Source: Planctomycetales bacterium (GTDB taxonomy: Bacteria; Planctomycetota; Phycisphaerae; SM23-33). Taken from it: a stretch of DNA of 22,307 nt. A program made the position numbers and the translations under genes. The notes under the pieces are model-generated. The model made no database searches. It was not told the origin of the DNA and was given only the letters and a program-made list of their open reading frames with translations. The DNA is taken from contig JAUWNJ010000037.1 in the NCBI GenBank assembly GCA_030612725.1, positions 1 to 22,307 on the forward strand, given 5' to 3'. This document shows, one piece after another, positions 16,927 through 22,307 of the stretch. Each line of letters opens with the position of its first letter. Position 1 is the first letter of the stretch.

Positions 16927-17253
16927 ATGGCCCATTTTTCCTGTCCATATCTGCACGGCGAAGTTGAACTGACAGAAGAGCGAGAGTAACACATTGCCGA
17001 ACATCATCCTGATTTGTTTCCAGCACATCGGCACAGTATCATGGATACGTTAGCGGAACCGGATCAGGTTCGTCGCAGTTCACGAATGGGCGATGCAAGG
17101 TTATTTGCCCGCTGGTTCGACGATATAAAAAGCGGTAAGAACGTTGTTGTTGTAGTCGTCAGCGATCCCGGACCAAATGACCGGCATTGGGTCATTATCG
17201 CTTATATCGCCAGGAAACTGGCTGAAGGAGAAATAGAATGGCCGAAAAGATGA
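16927..17253 (+). pseudogene. DUF4258-like putative toxin gene with an in-frame TAA at 16987-16989. SD (AAGGA) + ATG at 16927; the ORF tool alternative is TTG 17014 with no SD.
   Basis: One-frame translation: MAHFSCPYLHGEVELTEERE*HIAEHHPDLFPAHRHSIMDTLAEPDQVRRSSRMGDARLFARWFDDIKSGKNVVVVVVSD... Protein-like sequence on both sides of the stop. Its stop overlaps the start of the downstream DUF2283 gene by 16 bp. DUF4258-family membership is recalled, not searched. Confidence 0.45.
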
Positions 17254-17477
17254 CTTTTCAATACGACCGTGAATCGGACATTCTCTACATTAACACACGT
17301 CCCCCATATGCGGAGCAGGAATCCGAGGAACTCGGAGATGAAATAATCGCGCGTATAAACCCTGCCACCGGTAAAATCGAGAATGTCGAAGTCCTCTTTT
17401 TCTCCACCCGACTTCTGCGAAAAGACATGTTTGAACTCCCCATAGTGGCCGATATGCACCTGGTTACAGAAAAATGA
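17238..17477 (+). CDS. DUF2283-family small protein, frequent partner of DUF4258 in TA-like pairs
   Basis: MAEKMTFQYDRESDILYINTRPPYAEQESEELGDEIIARINPATGKIENVEVLFFS matches the DUF2283 pattern (M..YD.E.D.LYI…ES.E…GK…E.L). AAGGAG SD 8 nt upstream. Confidence 0.65.
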   Translation: MAEKMTFQYDRESDILYINTRPPYAEQESEELGDEIIARINPATGKIENVEVLFFSTRLLRKDMFELPIVADMHLVTEK

Positions 17478-17550
17478 CAAAAAGAGAAATCGCATCGCCC
17501 AAATCATTTCTTATCTGGCATATCAGCTCCGCTGGGCTTAATGATAAGGC

Positions 17551-17584
17551 GTAGGCTGGGGCGAAGCGGAGCGAGGCCCACCTT
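17551..17584 (+). repeat. REP-like GC-rich hairpin repeat, copy 3: gtaggctggggcgaagcggagcgaggcccacctt
   Basis: It shares the GTAGGCTGGG…(cGAAg)…CCCACCTT architecture with 5858-5892, 18724-18748 and the inverted copy at 6068-6093. It lies 22 bp upstream of the URO-D-like gene ATG. Confidence 0.6.
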
Positions 17585-17605
17585 CTCACCCAAACAGGAG
17601 AAAAA

Positions 17606-18727
17606 ATGTCAATCACTCCATGCCGCTCAAAATGGAAAGGTACAATGACCGACCGAGAGCGGTTCAATAACCAAATGCACTACAGGCCCATCGACCGATG
17701 CTTCAACATGGAATTCGGATACTGGAACGAGAATTTTATCCAGTGGCCCCTCTTCGTCGAAAACGGCGTCACCAATAACGCCGAGGCCGACGTCTTCTTC
17801 AACTTCGACAGGATCAGCGGCGTCAGCGGATGTGTCTGGCTCAACCCGCCATTCGCCGAAAAGGTCATCGAGGAGACCACCACCAGCCGGATCATTATGA
17901 ACCCCGACGGCCTGTTGGCCGAGGTGCCCAAAGACGCACACGACACGATCCCACACTATATCAAGTCATCCATCGTAACGCCGGACGACTGGAAGCGCGT
18001 CAAGGACGAACGACTCGACCCAGACGACCCTGCCCGCAATATAGACATCGAAGCCATTAAAAAGACCCACCCGCCAGGCCGCGACTATCCGCTTGGCGTC
18101 GATTGCGCCTCGATGATCGGCAAGGTCCGCAACATGCTCACCTTCGAAGGCCTGGCCTACGCCTGCTACGACCATCCTGAAATGGTCGAGGATATGGTCG
18201 AAACCTGCTGCCTGATGGTGGAAAATTTCCTCGACCAGGTGCTGGGTAAGATCGACTTCGACTTCGCCAGCGGGTGGGAGGACATCTGCTTCAAGAACGG
18301 GCCTATCGTCTCGGTGGACTTTTTCCGGGACGTGGTTACGCCGCGATACAAGCGAATCGGGGACAAACTCCACGCCGCCGGGATCGACCTGTGGTACACC
18401 GATTGCGACGGCGACGTCCGCCCCATCCTGCCGCTGCTGATGGAGGGCGGAATCAACTGCCTGTTTCCCTACGAGGTCAACTCCTGTGCGCATCCGGGCG
18501 AATTACTGGATGAATACGGAAAAGACCTCCGCATCATGGGCGGCTTCGACAAGATGCAACTAGGCAAAGGCCCCGAAGCCATTAAAAAGTACATGGAATC
18601 GCTGGTCCCCTACGTCGAGCGCGGCGGGTACATCCCGTTCTGCGACCACCGCTGTCCGCCGAACGTCAAGCCGGAAGATTATCTCTACTACCTCGACCTC
18701 AAGGAACAGATGTTCGGGATGAAGTAG
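17606..18727 (+). CDS. Uroporphyrinogen decarboxylase (URO-D) family protein, MtaA/CmuA-type fold, function unknown
   Basis: 373-aa protein with a URO-D-like TIM-barrel. From recall, conserved blocks include FNMEFGYW, GVDCASMIG, LWYTDCDGD and NCLFPYE. AGGAG SD 7 nt upstream of the ATG. Confidence 0.7.
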   Translation: MSITPCRSKWKGTMTDRERFNNQMHYRPIDRCFNMEFGYWNENFIQWPLFVENGVTNNAEADVFFNFDRISGVSGCVWLNPPFAEKVIEETTTSRIIMNPDGLLAEVPKDAHDTIPHYIKSSIVTPDDWKRVKDERLDPDDPARNIDIEAIKKTHPPGRDYPLGVDCASMIGKVRNMLTFEGLAYACYDHPEMVEDMVETCCLMVENFLDQVLGKIDFDFASGWEDICFKNGPIVSVDFFRDVVTPRYKRIGDKLHAAGIDLWYTDCDGDVRPILPLLMEGGINCLFPYEVNSCAHPGELLDEYGKDLRIMGGFDKMQLGKGPEAIKKYMESLVPYVERGGYIPFCDHRCPPNVKPEDYLYYLDLKEQMFGMK

Positions 18728-18748
18728 GCTGGGACGAAGTCCCACCTT
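18724..18748 (+). repeat. REP-like hairpin repeat, copy 4: gtaggctgggacgaagtcccacctt, overlapping the TAG stop of the URO-D-like gene
   Basis: Near-perfect hairpin: agg(c)tgggac / gtcccacct with a GAA triloop. Confidence 0.6.
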
Positions 18749-18830
18749 TGGCCCTGATTTCAATCGGCCGGAATGGAAAAAGGTTTCGACTACGCTAAAG
18801 CTCCGCCCGGAGCCTACGCCTTGCCCCTTT

Positions 18831-18863
18831 CAATCCGCAATCCACAATCTGCAATCCGCAATC
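18831..18863. repeat. Tandem heptamer (CAATCYR) x ~4.7: caatccg caatcca caatctg caatccg caatc
   Basis: Read directly. Located in the convergent intergenic region 4 bp 3' of the beta-propeller gene stop. Preceded at 18809-18827 by an inverted partial copy of the REP-like motif (ggagcctacgccttgcccc). Confidence 0.6.
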
Positions 18864-18867
18864 ATTA

Positions 18868-20511
18868 TTACCGGTTCACCACCGTATCCGGACCGGAAAG
18901 GTAAATATAGTATCCCGATCCGTGCTGGCTTCGGTCGTGGCGGTAGTGGAAGTCGTCGTATGGGCTGTAGCCACGGACGCCGCAGACCGTCGGATTGACC
19001 AGCACCATCAGGCGTTTCCGCTCGGTATCGACCGTAACGATATTCTCACGGAAATCGCCGATGACGTCGGCGCAGCATAGGTTCCGGCCATACTGACCGC
19101 CAGCGGGCATTTTTGCTTCCGGAAGGTCCTCGATCTCGCCGTCGCCCAGCAGGCGGACGATACGCTTGTTCTTCTTGCGGATGATAAAGACGACTTCCGC
19201 CCCGGCGTCCCAGTGAACGGGCACGAAGTTCTTCCGCTGCCAGTCCGTCAGGTTCAGCCAGTGCGTCCCATCCGGAAGGAAGATGGGATTGTGTTCCATT
19301 TCTCGCATTTTCGGGGCAATTTCTTCCTGGCCAAACTCGAACCTTGCATCCTCTGCCGTGTGGGGCTGGAGGCCCGGAACGCCGGCCGTGTGGCGAGCGA
19401 CCCAGCCGTAATGGGCGTGGCGGTACGGCTCCTTGAAGATAGTCTCACCCTTGTTGTCCACGAAGTACACGCCGGGATTATCGCGTTCGACGGCGTACCA
19501 GATTTGCAGCCCGTCGCGCGACGGGTCAATCTTTGCCGGCTTGGAGATGTCGGTATGACCGAACGGTTCAGCCTCCCAGCGGATGGTCCCGTCGCCGTTG
19601 TAGCAGATGCCGCCGCAGATGACCTCCTGCACGCCGTCGCCGTCGATGTCGCCGATGTCGAGGTTGTGCCCCGCCGGGCGGGCCTGCTTTACCTGCCAGG
19701 AAATCTCGCCACTCTCACCGGCAACAGCCGTCAAGACTTCGTCGCCGTAAGTCTCGTCCAGGAGCACCACAGACGCCGGTTCGTCCATTCCCCGCAACTG
19801 GCCGACGGTCATCATCTGACGTGGTTTCAGCCCCGGCCAGGGACGCTCCCACACGACCTGCCCGGTCTCGGCATCGACGGCGACCATTGTCTCATCCGGC
19901 CCGGTCTGTTCGTGCTCAAACGAACCTGAGGCGGTCTTGTCCCGCCGGAAAAGGACCTCTGTCCGCCCGTCGCCGTTGACGTCCCAGCATAGGAAAGGCA
20001 CGTGCAGCGTGCTGCCGTCCCACCCGCCGGCAGGAGAAAGTTTCGTGTCAATCTCCCAAAGGACTTTACCGTCGTGCCGGTACGCGAGCATCCAGATGGT
20101 CTTACCGCGAACAACCCGAAGGACGTAACCGATACGCCCGTCGTTGCACAACTCGCCCAGGGCAATTCCCATCTGCGGCGGCGCATCATCCGGATTCAGC
20201 GGGATATCCAATGCCAGCATGGTCGCCTCCGCACCGGCATCGACTTTGACAACCTCTGAAACCCCGCCGTCAGGCACAGTTATTCGATACTGGTATTCCC
20301 GATCCTGCGGCGCATCATCCAGAAAGTTGGTCGAATCGGTAATCGGCTGCGGCGTGATACGCTGCCAGTTGTCGCCTTCGCCGACCCGCCGCTCAACGTC
20401 AAACGGCGCAAGCGGATCATCGTCGGCCAGCAGCCGCCATGACAAAAACACCTTTCGCTCCCCTCGTGGAAGCCCAACCAGATACCGATCCTGCTGCCTG
20501 TCGGAAGACAT
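18868..20511 (-). CDS. Beta-propeller protein with FG-GAP-like repeats (rhamnogalacturonan-lyase family 11 / YesW-like). No signal peptide seen.
   Basis: 547 aa. Repeated Dx(D/N)GDG-type calcium-binding/FG-GAP-like motifs (DVNGDGRTEV, DIDGDGVQEV). Strong AAGGAG SD 6 nt upstream of ATG 20511. The family call is from recall and carries only moderate confidence. Confidence 0.5.
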   Translation of the reverse strand: MSSDRQQDRYLVGLPRGERKVFLSWRLLADDDPLAPFDVERRVGEGDNWQRITPQPITDSTNFLDDAPQDREYQYRITVPDGGVSEVVKVDAGAEATMLALDIPLNPDDAPPQMGIALGELCNDGRIGYVLRVVRGKTIWMLAYRHDGKVLWEIDTKLSPAGGWDGSTLHVPFLCWDVNGDGRTEVLFRRDKTASGSFEHEQTGPDETMVAVDAETGQVVWERPWPGLKPRQMMTVGQLRGMDEPASVVLLDETYGDEVLTAVAGESGEISWQVKQARPAGHNLDIGDIDGDGVQEVICGGICYNGDGTIRWEAEPFGHTDISKPAKIDPSRDGLQIWYAVERDNPGVYFVDNKGETIFKEPYRHAHYGWVARHTAGVPGLQPHTAEDARFEFGQEEIAPKMREMEHNPIFLPDGTHWLNLTDWQRKNFVPVHWDAGAEVVFIIRKKNKRIVRLLGDGEIEDLPEAKMPAGGQYGRNLCCADVIGDFRENIVTVDTERKRLMVLVNPTVCGVRGYSPYDDFHYRHDRSQHGSGYYIYLSGPDTVVNR

Positions 20512-20527
20512 GAACGGCTCCTTTCAA

Positions 20528-20612
20528 ATGTCAAAAATCTTACCCGGATTGAGGATATTGTTCGGGTCCCACGCCCGCTTGATGGCGCGCATCACGTCTA
20601 TCACCGGCTCGG
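20528..20612 (-). pseudogene. Relic 3' end of a GlcD-like FAD-oxidase gene (…AEPVIDVMRAIKRAWDPNNILNPGKIFDI*), a direct-repeat copy of 21404-21488
   Basis: ~85 bp, ~93% identical to the genuine 3' end of the GlcD-like CDS at 21399-. Six mismatches, all transitions. The protein sequence is conserved except the final V/I. The relic stop is followed 17 bp later by the SD+ATG of the beta-propeller gene. Confidence 0.6.
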
Positions 20613-20720
20613 CAGGTAGCGCCACCGCCAATCCAAACCCGAAACGACATGCAGAACCCACGGTGATACTCCCTTCGGAAATACGGTTTGGCATAGAATG
20701 AAACGAGGCGTAATCCCGAC

Positions 20721-20879
20721 TTACTGCTGATGGTGTTCCTTCTGGCGTTGAACAAGTTGTTCGTATTTCTTGTCCCAGTAGGCGAGCTGCTCTTCTGTGG
20801 TCATCCCACTAAGCCTTTCCTGAACCCGCTTAGCCCCCTGGCGTTTCATCTCGACACAATCAAATGTCTTCGTCTTCAT
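20721..20879 (-). CDS. Small (52 aa) ORF overlapping the 3' end of the PIN gene by 19 bp, candidate antitoxin partner in reversed gene order
   Basis: MKTKTFDCVEMKRQGAKRVQERLSGMTTEEQLAYWDKKYEQLVQRQKEHHQQ. Its ATG lies inside the PIN C-terminal codons in another frame. Below the ORF-track size cut-off. Charged, helical. Confidence 0.35.
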   Translation of the reverse strand: MKTKTFDCVEMKRQGAKRVQERLSGMTTEEQLAYWDKKYEQLVQRQKEHHQQ

Positions 20880-21336
20880 ATTCAATCACCTCCAGAGGGG
20901 AGTAGATAGCGATCTCCGAAAATCCTTTCTGCCTGTTCACTGCATTATACAAGGGGATCTTATCAAAGTGAACAATGTGTTTGAAATTCCAGCTTACTAT
21001 TATCGAACATTCGCTGACGGTGGTAATTGCAACATGTAAAGCATCATCAGAAGATTTGTCAGTCAGAATGCCGAAAGATAAATATGCAGCCTGCAATCGG
21101 GTCGCATCAGCAGTGATTCGCACAATATCGGCGCCGACGGTAACTTCGTCGAGAAACCGTTGTACCCGTTCAGGCGCAGCTACCAGTTCATCCTGAACCA
21201 GAGGTGAAAGAACCAAGCGAAAACGCCCCTCGAGAACCTGGCGAAAGAATTGTTGGCTGGGCCTGGAAAACTCTTCATCAAAAGCACCACCAAAAACAGA
21301 TGTATCCGCATAGATTCTTATCGGTTCCCATTTCAT
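20860..21336 (-). CDS. PIN-domain ribonuclease (VapC-like toxin)
   Basis: Acidic PIN residues in the expected places (IYADTSVFGG N-terminal Asp, DALHVA, SWNFKHIV C-terminal region). 158 aa. No upstream antitoxin ORF between 21337 and 21398. Confidence 0.75.
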   Translation of the reverse strand: MKWEPIRIYADTSVFGGAFDEEFSRPSQQFFRQVLEGRFRLVLSPLVQDELVAAPERVQRFLDEVTVGADIVRITADATRLQAAYLSFGILTDKSSDDALHVAITTVSECSIIVSWNFKHIVHFDKIPLYNAVNRQKGFSEIAIYSPLEVIEYEDEDI

Positions 21337-21398
21337 CAGATAACCCTTTACAGATCACTTTGCAACCAACCTACATAATAGATACCCATCTCGCCATT

Positions 21399-22307
21399 CT
21401 ACACGTCAAAAATCTTACCCGGATTGAGAATGTTGTTCGGATCCCACGCCCGCTTGATGGCACGCATCACGTCTATCACCGGTTCAGCCATTACCAGCGG
21501 GAGGTACTTTTTTCTCTTGTGCCCGATCCCGTGTTCGCCGCTTATCGTCCCGCCGAGACTCTTTGCCAATTCGTACAGTTCCTTGAGCACATCAGGCAGC
21601 GTTTTTTCCCATTTCTCCACAGACCAGTCCGGATTCATCACGATGCGCGTATGCATGTTCCCGTCCCCGGCGTGGCCGTAGCATGGAATCTGAACGCCAT
21701 ATTTGTCGGCTATCCGTCCCATCCCCGCCACAAGAGCGGGGATCTCGGCTATCGGAACCACCAAATCCTCACTGCTCTGATAGCGGCTTACCAAGCCATA
21801 TGCTTCACCGATATTCCGCCGGACCTTCCATATCCGTTCGCTCGTCGTGAAATTGTCAGCCACATAAACTTCTATCGCACCGGCTTCCAGGCACATCTCG
21901 CCGATGGCTTCATACTCACGCTCAACCTGCTCGGCGTCCGAACCGTCAACCGTTATCAGCAGCATCGCACCGGCCCGCTCGTAGGGAATCGTCTCGTTCA
22001 GATACTCGCACGACGCGCGAACAGAACTGCGGTCCATAAACTCAATGGCTGTCGGTATTATCCCACTGCCGGTCATTATATTAGGAACAGCCTCAATGGC
22101 CTGCTCCGCCGACTCAAACAAACAAAGCAAATCAACGCTGGCCGTCGGCAGCGGCATCAGTTTCAACGTTATCTTCGTGAATATACCAAGCGTGCCCTCC
22201 GAGCCGACCATCAGGCCAATCAGGTTGTAGCCCGTAACGTCCTTGACCAACTTGCCGCCGAGTTGAACAATCTCGCCCGTCGGCGTTACAACCTCCAGGC
22301 CGGTTAC
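21399..22307 (-). CDS. FAD-linked oxidase (GlcD / D-lactate dehydrogenase family), C-terminal ~300 aa. The 5' end lies beyond the window.
   Basis: FAD-oxidase C-terminal domain motifs (GEHGIGHKRKKYL, RAWDPNNILNPGKIF). The reading frame stays open to the window edge (…VTGLEVVTPTGEIVQLGGKLVKDVTGYNL…). The M the tool reports at 22250 is an internal TTG. Confidence 0.85.
   Translation of the reverse strand, partial: VTGLEVVTPTGEIVQLGGKLVKDVTGYNLIGLMVGSEGTLGIFTKITLKLMPLPTASVDLLCLFESAEQAIEAVPNIMTGSGIIPTAIEFMDRSSVRASCEYLNETIPYERAGAMLLITVDGSDAEQVEREYEAIGEMCLEAGAIEVYVADNFTTSERIWKVRRNIGEAYGLVSRYQSSEDLVVPIAEIPALVAGMGRIADKYGVQIPCYGHAGDGNMHTRIVMNPDWSVEKWEKTLPDVLKELYELAKSLGGTISGEHGIGHKRKKYLPLVMAEPVIDVMRAIKRAWDPNNILNPGKIFDV

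Noticed and set aside
17551-18748. Interpretation of the GTAGGCTGGG…CCCACCTT repeats as integron attC sites
   Set aside because: The units are only ~25-35 bp, against 60-140 bp for attC. The core reads GTAGGCT, not GTTRRRY. Flanking genes include housekeeping nadB. No intI is in the window. A REP-like terminator family is more parsimonious.
1-22307. CRISPR arrays, tRNA/rRNA genes, transposase/integrase genes
   Set aside because: No evenly spaced direct repeats with unique spacers, no tRNA-like cloverleaf candidates in any intergenic region, and no ORF with recombinase/transposase motifs were found by eye.

Overview
This is a high-GC (~58-60%) bacterial chromosomal window read with the standard genetic code; TAA and TAG act as genuine stops in intact genes. 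It is a backbone of conserved housekeeping genes interrupted by small accessory modules and an unusually dense set of short repeats. Backbone genes are ileS (129-3104), purN, a sigma54-dependent NtrC-family response regulator next to type I glutamine synthetase (glnA), an M42 peptidase, a pteridine-reductase-like SDR, nadB, a URO-D-family protein, a beta-propeller (PL11/FG-GAP-like) protein, and the 3' part of a GlcD-like FAD oxidase that runs off the window end. Accessory content includes an M55 D-aminopeptidase (DppA-like) plus hotdog thioesterase pair, a phage CII-like HTH regulator, a YqiJ/NfeD-flotillin operon and three toxin-antitoxin-like pairs. The TA-like pairs are HEPN/MNT (HepT/MntA-like), a DUF4258-like gene with DUF2283, and a PIN toxin followed by a small overlapping ORF. 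The most notable structures, all read directly from the sequence, are as follows. (1) Two independent gene modules (PIN-TA at 20528-21488, DppA at 3940-4894) are each bracketed by imperfect direct repeats that duplicate the coding 3' end of the upstream gene. This is the signature of integration into a gene 3' end with reconstitution of that end, yet no recombinase is in view. (2) A family of ~25-35-bp GC-rich hairpin repeats (GTAGGCTGGG...CCCACCTT) sits immediately 3' of several plus-strand ORFs. One inverted pair of them flanks an AT-rich, MITE-like segment. (3) Two accessory genes each have a good SD+ATG start but carry an in-frame TAA a few codons in. (4) Inverted arrays of GGCATTN heptamers lie in the glnA/M42-peptidase divergent promoter region, and a ~130-bp compound hairpin lies between glnA and a convergent 60-aa ORF. 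No rRNA, tRNA or CRISPR array was seen.
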